Part shown: positions 45,183 to 56,259 of the stretch, in pieces | Layout: each line of letters begins with the position of its first letter | How positions within the stretch are numbered: position 1 is the first letter of the stretch | IMG/VR virus record: IMGVR_UViG_3300025704_000003 | Length of the DNA: 64,000 bases | Reading direction: 5' to 3' (one strand) | From: a virus | Made by a program: the position numbers and the translations under genes | The notes under the pieces: generated by a model | Seen by the model: the letters and a program-made list of their open reading frames with translations, nothing else | Told to the model about the DNA's origin: nothing | Databases searched by the model: none

Positions 45183-46722
45183 TTTTAATAGGGTTAACTC
45201 TGCGCTATCAAGTTATAATCAAAGGTTAAGTACAGCCGATTTTGCCAGTGCTGCTCCTACAGTTTTGGGTGAATATAATGCAAAGTTAACGTCAACTGTA
45301 GGCAAAACAGTAGGGCAAAAAGTTAACGGATTTGAGGCAATAAGCCAATTAGAAGACTATAGCGGTCAGTTAGGTGATAATCTCTTTGGCCTTGCTACAG
45401 TAGCTTTAACATCAGAAGTTGAAGGCTTCCTTGATACTCTAATTGAAAACATTGAAGACGCCTTTACTAACCTTGGTGGCGGCCATGCAGAGTTTACTGA
45501 TGTATTAACAGCCCTTGGAACACTTGCTGTATTAACAGGTACTAATCCAGGTTCTGCATTTTTAAAGAGTTATTATGGTGGTAGTTCGTCGAATGCCATG
45601 GCGGTACTCTTATCAAAAGCAACTGGCAAAAACGTATCGCAACTCTTAAGTACAGTAGAAACCTTACAATCTGCAGGCTCAAAACAATTTGTACAGGCAG
45701 CGTTTGGAAGAGTCTTATCAGAAGTACTAAATCCTATTATTGCTGAGTTCAACAAAAAAGTAGATCTAAATCTTGGTACTGCAATTGATAAAGTACTACA
45801 AGCAATTGTTGACGTTGTTGATAGTCCGGTAGCATTGATTATTAACGATCTTACCGGAGGTAAGTTATTAGGCGCTGAGCTAAACAACGCCATTCGTTTG
45901 TTATCAAATGGGCAGTATGCAGAAGCAATTCTACTTGTATCGCAAAATTCAAATGAACCATATTCGGTTATCGAAGAAAGATTGTTGAACATTGATACAA
46001 AAATATCAACACGAATTACATATACAGGATCAACGACGCTGCCAGTCTTTGATATCGGTTCAAATGCGAATGGATGGGAAGGTGTTGCAACTACGACAAT
46101 CACAAATCGCTCAAACGCATCGAGCCCTATTAATTACAATTTTACAAGACTAGGCGGTGTACAAGAACTTGAAGCGGATATGCGATCAGCTACAAGAGAT
46201 ATTAGTGAAACTGTTATCCATTGGTCTGCAACATATTTGGATCAAGATATTGGTTCTGAAGAAATACATGGATGGCATAGACAACGTGGATTCAGTGGGA
46301 TTGGCTATCATTATGTCATTCGTCGTGATGGAACAATAGAACGTGGCCGGCCGATTAATATTACTGGTGCACATGCTAAAGCCAATGGTCATAATAACTT
46401 AAGTATCGGTGTTTGCCTTGTTGGTGGGTACACTGTTCCATCTGCAGTTGGTCTACGAAATCCACCGGCAGGTTCGGAATCGTTTACAGAAGCTCAAACA
46501 AAGACTATGAATGAATTTTTAAATACGTTTTATAAAGTATTTCCTGGCGGTCAGGTATTCGGACATAATGATACTGATCCAAATAATAAAATCGATCCAG
46601 GATTTGACGTATCTAAATACATTCGTAATACTTTTAATAAGAGTAACGTGACAATCGGAACATCCCAACCCCTTTCACCTGCGCAAATCGCACAAGCTAG
46701 AGCAAATAATGTGGTATCATGA
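45175..46722 (+). CDS. virion protein with C-terminal N-acetylmuramoyl-L-alanine amidase (T7 lysozyme-like)
   Basis: VIHWSAT, IGYHYVIRRDG, GAHAK..N..SIGVCLVGG, GHND. Confidence 0.8.
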   Translation: MVSFNRVNSALSSYNQRLSTADFASAAPTVLGEYNAKLTSTVGKTVGQKVNGFEAISQLEDYSGQLGDNLFGLATVALTSEVEGFLDTLIENIEDAFTNLGGGHAEFTDVLTALGTLAVLTGTNPGSAFLKSYYGGSSSNAMAVLLSKATGKNVSQLLSTVETLQSAGSKQFVQAAFGRVLSEVLNPIIAEFNKKVDLNLGTAIDKVLQAIVDVVDSPVALIINDLTGGKLLGAELNNAIRLLSNGQYAEAILLVSQNSNEPYSVIEERLLNIDTKISTRITYTGSTTLPVFDIGSNANGWEGVATTTITNRSNASSPINYNFTRLGGVQELEADMRSATRDISETVIHWSATYLDQDIGSEEIHGWHRQRGFSGIGYHYVIRRDGTIERGRPINITGAHAKANGHNNLSIGVCLVGGYTVPSAVGLRNPPAGSESFTEAQTKTMNEFLNTFYKVFPGGQVFGHNDTDPNNKIDPGFDVSKYIRNTFNKSNVTIGTSQPLSPAQIAQARANNVVS

Positions 46723-48278
46723 CAACAGAAAACGATGAAATAGAACAGCGCCAGCTTATATATGGTAACTCAGTATATAGCGAAGGCGTTTATCCTGTAG
46801 GATATCAAGACCCAGGTGGATTGTATCCGAAGACTGCATACTATTATCAGTCTTCACTAAACCAGGCTGCACGTGGTTTAATTCGTAATGAATTATCCAC
46901 AAACGGTGGTATACCTACTTTAGGAACTGAAAGAAACTATGATCTTTCTTCTGAAATTCCTGAAGCAGCTGCAGCAGCCCAAGGATATTCAGTATATCCT
47001 AAGAATCAGGTATGGGAAACTCCGGGCGGTCATGTAATCGAATTAGATGATACGCTTACAAATGAACGTATTATGATTCGGCATAAGTCAGGATCTGGTG
47101 TAGAGATTAAGCCTGATGGTACGGTTTATATAAGCAGTATCGATGATGTTCTTATTAGTTGTGCAAATGATAAGCATGTAGTGGTCGAAGGTAATGCTCA
47201 TATGACATACCAGGGTGATCTTAACGTTGATGTAGCCGGAGACTATAACCTATCTGTAGGTGGTAATAAAACACAAATTATTAATGGTGATCTTGTTTCA
47301 GAAATCGATGGTGCAAAAAGAACAAACATTGGTTTAAACGAAGGCACTACTGTAAAAGGACACCAATCAAATACTGTTGCAGAGACAAAGATCGATACGA
47401 TTCTTGGTGGCTATACTGCTGCAGTAAAAGGTAAGTTTGAGATTGCTAATGAAGGTGACATGGGTATCTTTGCGTCTGGATCTCAACGTATTACGTCAGA
47501 GACACGTCAGAACATGACGTCACCTGATACAAACATTCATGCTACGAACCTATCGGTCTTTGGCGATGTTGGTACGTTTGGTGGTGAAAATATTGTACTA
47601 TATTCATATAACCATCATTTAGGGAATACTTTATGGTTAGGCGATGGTGACGGCGGATCTGGTACAATTAACGTAGATACGATTCGTGCTGTGCGTATTG
47701 AAGTTGACGGTGATATTGTAGCAAGTAATAGTATGACTGCACCTACGTTTCATGGTGATCTTGATGGTGTTGCAGAAGAAACGCGACAGTCCAGGCACCA
47801 ACTGTATTCTGATCCGGACACAGACGCAGGATCTGCAGGTAATGTAGGTGCGCCAGGAGCTCCAATTACAAATAATGCAATTAACACCGATGTTCTCGCT
47901 GATGATATTAAGGCGACTGCTATTCCAAATCTTGATGTAGCAAATACATATCAAAAATCAGCCTATGGTATTCAGGATGTATTAGTAGATCCTGAAGGTG
48001 AGTTAAAGAAACTTATTAATAAAACTGATTTGACTGGTGGCGTAACTGATAGAAATCTAACTACAAGCGAAGTTAGATCTAAAATGCGTGACAATGCTAC
48101 GTTAAACAATACCGACTTTACATCGATACAAATTGCTGAAGGCAAACTAAATCCAGAATACAGTTCACCAAATCCTAAGAAGATCGGTCGTACTGCAAGT
48201 TCTAAACCAACTGTCAGCGAGAACAATACTATTGTAGGACCGGTTGGTCCAGTGGATAAAGGAGCGGGTCCACGATGA
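46719..48278 (+). CDS. gp5 C-terminal part (beta-helix spike)
   Basis: YPKNQVWETPGGHVIELDDT...ERI..RHKSG, V.G beta-helix repeats. Confidence 0.8.
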   Translation: MTTENDEIEQRQLIYGNSVYSEGVYPVGYQDPGGLYPKTAYYYQSSLNQAARGLIRNELSTNGGIPTLGTERNYDLSSEIPEAAAAAQGYSVYPKNQVWETPGGHVIELDDTLTNERIMIRHKSGSGVEIKPDGTVYISSIDDVLISCANDKHVVVEGNAHMTYQGDLNVDVAGDYNLSVGGNKTQIINGDLVSEIDGAKRTNIGLNEGTTVKGHQSNTVAETKIDTILGGYTAAVKGKFEIANEGDMGIFASGSQRITSETRQNMTSPDTNIHATNLSVFGDVGTFGGENIVLYSYNHHLGNTLWLGDGDGGSGTINVDTIRAVRIEVDGDIVASNSMTAPTFHGDLDGVAEETRQSRHQLYSDPDTDAGSAGNVGAPGAPITNNAINTDVLADDIKATAIPNLDVANTYQKSAYGIQDVLVDPEGELKKLINKTDLTGGVTDRNLTTSEVRSKMRDNATLNNTDFTSIQIAEGKLNPEYSSPNPKKIGRTASSKPTVSENNTIVGPVGPVDKGAGPR

Positions 48279-48919
48279 GCGACTTTAATTTTTATCACTC
48301 ATACTATACACCAAATCCAGGAATTCGTAAGATTGTACCTGACCCGGTGTTTAATCCTAATAATGCGGTACGGATCTATTCGGGTACTAAACTAGCAAAG
48401 GGTGTAAGCATCGGCAAGTTCCTTGGTGGTGCAGGTGAAAAAACAAATCTAAATCATATTACATCTGATGCTGATAAGCTACAGATTGCACGTCAGTTAT
48501 ATCTTCAGGCCATGGCGATGAATACGGTCAATACAGATACTGGTAAATTTGCTAATAATCGACTCATTGTTGTAGAAGGATTATATAAAAAAGGTCCTAG
48601 CGAAAAGCTTACGTCAGGAAGTTTAAATGATTTGGCAACAAAAGGTCAAGTCGTGGTGTATCAGCTTATTGACGGTAATGGTAACCCGGATCATATTGCT
48701 ATGTTTGATCTTGCTGTGTATTGGAAAGATAGTATCCTATTCGATAAGATTATATTAGATTATGACACGTTTAACCCAGATAAAAGTTTAGAATGTCATG
48801 TAATTTTACAAATGCCGGTAGTAAATTCAAACTACGAAGCAAGATTTAAAAAAGAACTTGAAACAAGATACAATGGAAATCTACAAACTTCAGGTGAACT
48901 AGCAGAATTGCTTGAATAA
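48275..48919 (+). CDS. hypothetical baseplate-associated protein
   Basis: 214 aa between gp5C and gp25. Confidence 0.65.
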   Translation: MSDFNFYHSYYTPNPGIRKIVPDPVFNPNNAVRIYSGTKLAKGVSIGKFLGGAGEKTNLNHITSDADKLQIARQLYLQAMAMNTVNTDTGKFANNRLIVVEGLYKKGPSEKLTSGSLNDLATKGQVVVYQLIDGNGNPDHIAMFDLAVYWKDSILFDKIILDYDTFNPDKSLECHVILQMPVVNSNYEARFKKELETRYNGNLQTSGELAELLE

Positions 48920-48922
48920 AAT

Positions 48923-48930
48923 TATAAATA
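48923..48930 (+). promoter_or_regulatory. T4-type late promoter
   Basis: intergenic TATAAATA. Confidence 0.8.
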
Positions 48931-48954
48931 ATACAAATTATCTGGAATACATTT

Positions 48955-49401
48955 ATGGCAACCACACGTAACTTTGCAGTCGAAGATGGCAACCTAACAT
49001 CAGGTAGTGTCGTCACGTCTCGTAGTAAAAATTATGTAGATATTGATTTGTCATTTGAACCACGTTCTGATGGCGATATATTTAAAAAGACAGATGCTGC
49101 AGCCGTAAAACAGGCAGTTAAGAATATCTTAACCACAGGTTTTAGAGAGCGCCCTTTCTTTCCATCATTTGGTGGAGGTTTGGGTAATGCGTTATTCGAA
49201 CTTATGGATGACGGAACTTCATATGAAATTGAACAGGCAATCATTGCTTCTATTCAAAACTATGAGCCAAGAGCCGTGCTTGATAAAGTAACTGTAAGTG
49301 ATAACATAGATAATAATTCAATAGATGTAACCGTTCGTTTTGGTATTGTAAATGTCGGCGAAATTGTTACGGTCGAAACATCCTTATCAAGGCTGAGATA
49401 A
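48955..49401 (+). CDS. gp25: baseplate wedge protein gp25
   Basis: DIDLSF, AVKQAVKNI..T...ERPF.P.FG, YEPR. Confidence 0.92.
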   Translation: MATTRNFAVEDGNLTSGSVVTSRSKNYVDIDLSFEPRSDGDIFKKTDAAAVKQAVKNILTTGFRERPFFPSFGGGLGNALFELMDDGTSYEIEQAIIASIQNYEPRAVLDKVTVSDNIDNNSIDVTVRFGIVNVGEIVTVETSLSRLR

Positions 49402-49402
49402 T

Positions 49403-51322
49403 ATGGCAACTACTGTACAAAATACTAAATTAGATTTTGATAATATCAAAAACTCACTTAAAACTTATTTTGCTCAGCAACCTGAGTTTGAAGACTATAA
49501 CTTCGAAGCTTCTGGTCTTTCAAATATTTTAGATGTACTTGCATATAATACACATTATAATGCTTTGACTGCTAACTTTGCATTGAATGAAGCATTCTTG
49601 TCAACAGCACAGCTAAGAAGTTCTGTGGTTTCTCATGCTGCAACACTTGGTTATGTTCCTCGTTCACGTACATCCTCTCGTGCCGAAGTAAATCTAAGTT
49701 TGAACCTGTCGGGCGTCGCGGGCCGCCCTGGTTCTGTAGTTATTGGCGCTGGTACAACATTTACGGCTGATGCTGGTGATACGACATATACGTTTCGTAC
49801 CATAGAAGATTATACTGCGACTGATGATGGCGATGGGTTTTATCAATTTTTAAATGCTAATGGTGAATCTACAATTCAAATCTTTGAAGGTAGTGAGAAA
49901 ACAAAAACGTTTTATGTTGGTGAAGTTGGCGAAAGACAACTTTATGTTATTCAAGATGAAGCCATTGATACTACGACGGCTGCAGTTTATGTGTATGATA
50001 CGCCATCAAGTTCTAACTTCGTAACATATACTCCTATTACAAATGCTGTTTCAGTAAATTCGCTATCACGCTATTATCAAATCTCAGAAGCGCCAAATGG
50101 TTTTTACGAACTAAACTTTGGTGATGGTATTTCATTTGGTAAATCTCCGGAGGCTGGTAACAAGATCGAAGTAGTTTATCTTTCTTGTGTAGGTGCTGCA
50201 GCAAATAACGCATCACTCTTTTCTCCAACTAATACGGTATCGGTTGCTGGATCAAATTACGCGTTAAACGTTACGACAATTGCAAATTCTGGCGTCGGCG
50301 GTGCACGTCAATCAATCGAATCTGTTAGACAAAATGCTCCTATTGCGTTTGCTGCACAACAAAGACTTGTTACTGCTGAAGATTATAGAGCCGTTATTCA
50401 ACGTAACTATGCTACAGTAACTGACGCTATTGCATGGGGTGGAGAAGATAACGTTCCAGCAAATTTCGGTAAAGTTTACGTTTCACTTGTATTCGAAGAT
50501 GGTACAACGGTCGCTCAACAAGACGCTGTCAAAAACTCAATTGTACAAGAAGTGACAACCAACTTGTCTATCTTATCAATTGATACAGTGTTTGAAGATC
50601 CAGTACGTACATATCTTGAAGTTATTCTAACATTTAACTTTGATCCTAACTTAACAGGACAAACAATTAAATCTACAGAATCTAATGTGTTTGCAGAATT
50701 GCAGGCGTATGTAGAAGAAACACTCAAACAATTTGGCGGCGTGTTTAGACGTTCAGAGTTATTAGGTCGAATTGATGATTTGTCTGATGCTATCTTGAAC
50801 TCTAGAGCTACAGTAAAGCTTCAGCAAAGGTTTATTCCAGATTTAACACAATCTGCTTCTTATAAGATTTATTTCCCGGTTGAGTTAGCCGCGCCATCTG
50901 ATACAGACTTTATTGTTACATCTTCTACGTTTATTTTTAATAATAAAGTTTGCTCTGTCAAAAATGCGCTTGATAATACTAAACTTCAGATTATTAATTC
51001 TATTGGTGAAGTTGAAGTAGATAACATTGGGTCATATGAAGCATTGACAGGTATTGTTACTTTAACAGCATTTGCTCCGTCTACTATTACTGCAGGAGTT
51101 AACTTCCTAAAACTCAGCGGAGTTCCTGCTAACCAGTCTACAGTTCGTCCATTGAGAAGTTATATCCTTGATCTTGATGAAGGTCCATCGTTTGCGACAA
51201 GCGCTGTCGATAGGCAACAAACAGATATTACAATCGGCGGCGGTACTGGTGTTTCTTCTTCAACATCTGGAACAGCAGGAACATTTGTACGAGCTCCAAG
51301 TCTTGGTGGTAGTGGGTATTAA
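49403..51322 (+). CDS. gp6: baseplate wedge protein gp6
   Basis: LDFDNIK, DYNFEASGLS.ILDVLAYNTHYNA, FGDG..GK, QRLVTAEDY, WGGEDN. Confidence 0.93.
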   Translation: MATTVQNTKLDFDNIKNSLKTYFAQQPEFEDYNFEASGLSNILDVLAYNTHYNALTANFALNEAFLSTAQLRSSVVSHAATLGYVPRSRTSSRAEVNLSLNLSGVAGRPGSVVIGAGTTFTADAGDTTYTFRTIEDYTATDDGDGFYQFLNANGESTIQIFEGSEKTKTFYVGEVGERQLYVIQDEAIDTTTAAVYVYDTPSSSNFVTYTPITNAVSVNSLSRYYQISEAPNGFYELNFGDGISFGKSPEAGNKIEVVYLSCVGAAANNASLFSPTNTVSVAGSNYALNVTTIANSGVGGARQSIESVRQNAPIAFAAQQRLVTAEDYRAVIQRNYATVTDAIAWGGEDNVPANFGKVYVSLVFEDGTTVAQQDAVKNSIVQEVTTNLSILSIDTVFEDPVRTYLEVILTFNFDPNLTGQTIKSTESNVFAELQAYVEETLKQFGGVFRRSELLGRIDDLSDAILNSRATVKLQQRFIPDLTQSASYKIYFPVELAAPSDTDFIVTSSTFIFNNKVCSVKNALDNTKLQIINSIGEVEVDNIGSYEALTGIVTLTAFAPSTITAGVNFLKLSGVPANQSTVRPLRSYILDLDEGPSFATSAVDRQQTDITIGGGTGVSSSTSGTAGTFVRAPSLGGSGY

Positions 51323-51325
51323 TAA

Positions 51326-52369
51326 ATGTCGCATGTAGCTGATTTTAATCGTACACAGCCTAATATTAGGTATTACAGTGTAAAAGAAGTATTGCCTCAG
51401 TATTTTTCTGAAGCATATCCTAACCTTGTTACATTTTTAGAAGGCTACTATGATTATTTAGATTCTGACGAAACAATTGATGGCATTAAAGATTTATCAA
51501 GTGTTTATGATTTAGAAAGTACAGATCTAGAATATATCGATTACATTTTTAAAACAATTGCTGATGGCGCTAACTCTACATATTTTGGTGAACCTCGTGA
51601 AGTACTTCGAAACTTTGCTAATTTTTATAGAGTAAAAGGAACAAAGTATTCAGCTGAAGGATTTTTTAGAGCGTTCTACGGCATTGACGTAGAAATCGAA
51701 TATCCTAAAAATAATCTTTTCATTGTAGGTGAATCACAAATTGGTACAGAATCATTAAGATTTATTCAGAACAGTGCATTGTATCAAATCTTTTCTGTTC
51801 TAATTAAATCTTCTATACCATTAGGAACATGGAAAGATTTATATAAAAAGTTTGTTCATCCGGCTGGATTCTTCTTAGGTGGTGAGGTTGTTCTAGAACT
51901 TCCTTCAACTAACTCAAATATTTTGGTCATGCCAGATAATATTGACGAGCCACCCCCACCACTATTGGTCGAAGGTGTAGCTTCATTTATCGTACCAAAT
52001 GGTTTAGTAGAAGCTATAGGTATTCTTCCAGATGATGGAGATTCTGATTCTGTTATCGAACGTATTAGTCTCGATGCTAAAGTTGGAATATATGAAGATA
52101 TGCCAGTTGATGTGTTTATGGCATCGTATGGTAAAATTGATAAAACGCTTCGTGTTAACTCTCCAACATTCGACGATTCTGCAAAAGACTTTGCTCCTTA
52201 CTACTCAGACGGAGACTCCGGTCCAGCATCCGATCAGCATGGTGTTAGAATGAGTAACGCGGTCGAGACAATGGATAAAGCGATATGGTATTATGATTCT
52301 AATGCTGGAAACCCAAGATATATGACAATCGGATATGTCGAAGACAATTATGTGGAAACAAATCCATAA
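51326..52369 (+). CDS. baseplate wedge protein (gp7-like)
   Basis: FLEGYY, FYRVKGT...FFR..YG, VHPAGF. Confidence 0.7.
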   Translation: MSHVADFNRTQPNIRYYSVKEVLPQYFSEAYPNLVTFLEGYYDYLDSDETIDGIKDLSSVYDLESTDLEYIDYIFKTIADGANSTYFGEPREVLRNFANFYRVKGTKYSAEGFFRAFYGIDVEIEYPKNNLFIVGESQIGTESLRFIQNSALYQIFSVLIKSSIPLGTWKDLYKKFVHPAGFFLGGEVVLELPSTNSNILVMPDNIDEPPPPLLVEGVASFIVPNGLVEAIGILPDDGDSDSVIERISLDAKVGIYEDMPVDVFMASYGKIDKTLRVNSPTFDDSAKDFAPYYSDGDSGPASDQHGVRMSNAVETMDKAIWYYDSNAGNPRYMTIGYVEDNYVETNP

Positions 52370-52379
52370 GAGGTAAAAA

Positions 52380-53828
52380 ATGGCTATTACATTAAGAAAC
52401 ACAAAAGGTACGGCATTAACTCATGTAGAACTTGATGCCAACTTTACCACACTTCAGAATGCCGATTTAGATTCAGCAGATGTTACATCTATTGCTCAAG
52501 CATTAGATAACGCGCAAGTTATTGCAACAACGCTCAATGAGCTAGCTGGTGATTCAGATATAGATTTTGGTACAAATAAAATATTGTACTCGAACAATTA
52601 TGATTCAGCTGGATCTTTACCAAGCGCATCGACCTACCATGGCATGTTTGCTCATGTTCACGGTGAAGGCCGCGGTTATTTTGCTCATGCTGGTAACTGG
52701 GTTGGCCTTGCAAATCAAACCGAAGGCTTAGGTGGTTTGGATGGTGAATACAACAATGGTGGGATTATTGATGTTACTGGTAACGGAAGCGATTTCTTCA
52801 AGCGTGAACTTACAACCAACGGTGTAAGAATAATGGGTGCTGGCACAGTAGGTGGTCAGACAGCAGTCCCAGATCCATGGTTGGAAAAAGTGGCTCGGAT
52901 GTTTGAATTGTTTACAGATCCAGCCGGAGCAGGTATTAATGAATCAAACCAGAGAGCGCTAATTAAAACGCTAAGCGGTGATGTAGGAACCTATCATGCA
53001 AGCCAGCCAACTATACAAAGAGTAGCAAGAGGCGCTGGGTCAGACTATACGCCTAACTTCTTAACTGATTCAGGTATTGCAAGTTGGAACCTAACAAACT
53101 TGTTTGATGATACTGTTCAAAATGATATGGTTTGGTATTTGAATTCAACCGGTAGTGGATATGGTGATGGCGATCAAGATGCTCAAGAAGTTATTGAGCA
53201 CGTATTCCATACACTACATATGCATGGTTTACCTGCAGATGATATATCACTATATTCTTATTTGGATTCTAATTGGGCCACCAGTGATTTATATGCAGCA
53301 ATGGAAGAAGCCTATGATGCAGGCAAGTGGGATCCATCTGGTTATGGCGGCAATGCTTTTAAAACTGACGCTGATGCATTTGAAGTAGCAGCAAAAGAAT
53401 ATTTGTATCTGCTTAACTTCTGTATGTTTGAATATACAAGTCTTTGGGATGGAGGAAGCCTCGCTCCCGAATGGACAGATGATATGCGTACCCAAGCTGG
53501 CATTCAAACAAATAACCCATTAGGCTATGCTTTCCATAATACTTGGATTGCTCCAGTTATTAGTAAGCCATCAATTGCTACTATTCAAAGCATATTTCAA
53601 GATGGTAACACGCCAGCCCAGGACGATCCCAGACTTGCTGGGGATCCAGGATACGTTGTAGATTTTCCACTTCCAGGATTTGAGTTGCCCATAACCTCTC
53701 TAATTGATAGTGACTATGTACAGCTGCGTGTTCCCACCAATCAGTATATTACTCTCGCTGACCTTAAACTTGTTGTCGATTCAAGTCTTGATTTTGCCGA
53801 CTTTAAGACGAGAATTGCTGCTCTATAA
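52380..53828 (+). CDS. virion structural protein with central zincin-like domain
   Basis: fibre-like N-terminus LR..KG.ALT..ELD.NF; YHGMFAHVH; EVIEHVFHTLH. Confidence 0.6.
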   Translation: MAITLRNTKGTALTHVELDANFTTLQNADLDSADVTSIAQALDNAQVIATTLNELAGDSDIDFGTNKILYSNNYDSAGSLPSASTYHGMFAHVHGEGRGYFAHAGNWVGLANQTEGLGGLDGEYNNGGIIDVTGNGSDFFKRELTTNGVRIMGAGTVGGQTAVPDPWLEKVARMFELFTDPAGAGINESNQRALIKTLSGDVGTYHASQPTIQRVARGAGSDYTPNFLTDSGIASWNLTNLFDDTVQNDMVWYLNSTGSGYGDGDQDAQEVIEHVFHTLHMHGLPADDISLYSYLDSNWATSDLYAAMEEAYDAGKWDPSGYGGNAFKTDADAFEVAAKEYLYLLNFCMFEYTSLWDGGSLAPEWTDDMRTQAGIQTNNPLGYAFHNTWIAPVISKPSIATIQSIFQDGNTPAQDDPRLAGDPGYVVDFPLPGFELPITSLIDSDYVQLRVPTNQYITLADLKLVVDSSLDFADFKTRIAAL

Positions 53829-53842
53829 CGCTACATAAAAGA

Positions 53843-53850
53843 TATAAATA
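53843..53850 (+). promoter_or_regulatory. T4-type late promoter
   Basis: intergenic TATAAATA. Confidence 0.8.
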
Positions 53851-53873
53851 ATGGTAATTAAGAGGATAATTGA

Positions 53874-54860
53874 ATGACTCGTCAGAATATATCAAATGGT
53901 ACCTTTGCTAATGACGGTACCGGAGATACGCTTAGACAAGCTAGCCAAAAGATTAATGAAAACTTCATCGAGTTGTACACAAAACTTGGTGGAGATAGTG
54001 ACGTTTTATCAGGAGAAATATCTGTAACCTCTAGCGGTATTTCTTTTGAAGGTGAAACTGATGACACTAACGAAACACTTTTAAAAGCCAGAGATGCTTC
54101 TCAGGATAATAATATCTTTTTGCCAAATACTTCTGGTAATATAGTTATTGACTCTGCTTCGCAAACTCTTTTAAATAAGACGCTAACTAGTCCAGTTTTA
54201 ACAACTCCACAAATCAATGATACTTCTGCAGATCATAAATATGTGTTTGCGGTATCGGAGCTAGCTGCAAATAGAAATATTACTTTGCCTTTATTGGCAG
54301 CAGATGATGAATTTGTTTTTAAAACCCATGCGGCTACTCTTACAAATAAAACTTTAACATCACCTAATATCACAGGACCTAATATCACAGGTTCAATTAA
54401 CGATGCTAACGGCGCTGAACTTATTAGATTAACTTCAACTGCGTCAGCCGTTAATGAAATATCTGTTATTAATGCCGCGACTGGAAGTTCACCTTCTATT
54501 AATACTGCAGGTACAGATACAAATATTAATTTAATCGTCTCTGGTAAGGGTACTGGTTCAGTATCAATATCTAAAGCTGCATACGAATCATCTACAATTA
54601 CGGCCACTGGAGCTGCATCTGAAACATCTTCTTATATCATTTGTAATTCAGGTACTGCGATCGCAGTATCAATAGCGGCTGGTACTATTTCTGGCGAATA
54701 TAAAGTTGTCACAAATAAGGGTGCAGGTACCGCTACTATTACGCCATCTAGTTTTGGTCCAGGTACAAGCGTTGCTTTAGACAATAACGAAGGATGTACA
54801 ATGATTTGGGATGGAACTAATTGGCAGTTAATCGGTAACTATGGCGGAACAGTGAGCTAA
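53874..54860 (+). CDS. gp9: baseplate protein with gp9/gp10 N-terminal domain
   Basis: G..ANDGTGDTLR.A..KINENF.ELY; repeated TL.NKTLTSP. Confidence 0.7.
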   Translation: MTRQNISNGTFANDGTGDTLRQASQKINENFIELYTKLGGDSDVLSGEISVTSSGISFEGETDDTNETLLKARDASQDNNIFLPNTSGNIVIDSASQTLLNKTLTSPVLTTPQINDTSADHKYVFAVSELAANRNITLPLLAADDEFVFKTHAATLTNKTLTSPNITGPNITGSINDANGAELIRLTSTASAVNEISVINAATGSSPSINTAGTDTNINLIVSGKGTGSVSISKAAYESSTITATGAASETSSYIICNSGTAIAVSIAAGTISGEYKVVTNKGAGTATITPSSFGPGTSVALDNNEGCTMIWDGTNWQLIGNYGGTVS

Positions 54861-54870
54861 GGAATCTAAA

Positions 54871-56250
54871 ATGGTTGCAATTATTACAAATAAATTTAAA
54901 AGACAAATTCTAAACGATCTATTTACAGATGTTACGGATTCAGCCGAAACATACTATGTTGCTATCGGCAGATCACAGGATTGGAATGCAACTGATATTG
55001 CTCCAACTCCTTTGAACACTGATAAAGCCGTACGTGATTTTAGAGTGAATATGCAGGCTATGAAGAAGGGCGAAGACGTTTCATATGTTGTTCCTCGCTA
55101 TAACTGGTCAGCTGGTACAATTTATTCTGGATATGATGATAATATTCAGGGATATCCTTCTAATGCATATTACGTTATGACAGATGAACTTGCTGTTTAC
55201 ATTTGTTTACAGCAGGGTAGAGATACACAAGGCAATGCGGTTACGTCTACAGTTAAACCTACTGGCACTCTTACGAGACCCTTTGACACTGCAGATGGTT
55301 ATGTATGGAAATATCTGTACGGTCAAACGGCTTTGAGATCTACTAAGTTTACTTCAGCTAACTATATTCCAATTCAATTTATTGATTCTGCAGACGCCAC
55401 TGATCCAGCTCTAGAACAGGAGCAATATTCTATTCAGAATGCTGCTAATCCGGGTGAAGTAGTTGCGGTCAAATTAAACAATGGTGGAACAGGTTATACT
55501 TCAGCTCCCACTATTTCATTTACTGGTAACGGAACTAAAGCTCCTAAAGCAACTGCAACAGTATTTAACGGAGCAGTAGTTAAAGTTGAAATGCAAGATT
55601 CTGGTTCAGGTAAAGCTTACGGTGCCGGGTATGCATATGCATCAGTATCATTCTCGGGTGGAGGCGGATCAGGAGCTGTTGCTCGAACCGTATTAGCACC
55701 TGCAGGTGGTATTGGCGCTGACCCAAGAGATGATCTAAGATCGACGGCTCTTATGTTCAATACTAAACTGACCGGAGATGAAGACAACGCTTTAATCACA
55801 AGTAACGATTTTAGACAAATCGGAATTATAAAAAACCCATACGAAACCGATTCAGCTGCAGACGGTGCATTATATACAGGTACTGCTGGTAATGTATTAA
55901 ATAAGTTGAAGTTTAGTTCTATCGCAGCAAACTTTAGCGAAGATAAAACAATTCTTGGATCCACTTCTGCTGCAAGGGGTTATATCGATAAATTCGATTC
56001 AAATTATGTTTGGTATCATCAGACTGATTCTACAGGATATTTCACGTTTATTGAAGGTGAAACTATTACCGAAACTGATGGTAATGGTGAAGGTATTTTA
56101 GATTCTGCTTCTATTGACGGCGATGATGATGCATTTACCAAATCTACAGTTAAACCGTTTACCGGAGATTTATTATATGTAGATAATAGAGCGGCTATCG
56201 AAAGAGACCCGAACCAAACCGAAGATATTAAAGTTATTATTCAGCTGTAA
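54871..56250 (+). CDS. gp8: baseplate wedge protein gp8
   Basis: YVAIGRS..W, VPRYNW..G, VYICL, DGYVWKYLY, FRQIGII.NP, EDIKVIIQL. Confidence 0.85.
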   Translation: MVAIITNKFKRQILNDLFTDVTDSAETYYVAIGRSQDWNATDIAPTPLNTDKAVRDFRVNMQAMKKGEDVSYVVPRYNWSAGTIYSGYDDNIQGYPSNAYYVMTDELAVYICLQQGRDTQGNAVTSTVKPTGTLTRPFDTADGYVWKYLYGQTALRSTKFTSANYIPIQFIDSADATDPALEQEQYSIQNAANPGEVVAVKLNNGGTGYTSAPTISFTGNGTKAPKATATVFNGAVVKVEMQDSGSGKAYGAGYAYASVSFSGGGGSGAVARTVLAPAGGIGADPRDDLRSTALMFNTKLTGDEDNALITSNDFRQIGIIKNPYETDSAADGALYTGTAGNVLNKLKFSSIAANFSEDKTILGSTSAARGYIDKFDSNYVWYHQTDSTGYFTFIEGETITETDGNGEGILDSASIDGDDDAFTKSTVKPFTGDLLYVDNRAAIERDPNQTEDIKVIIQL

Positions 56251-56259
56251 GGCAATTAA

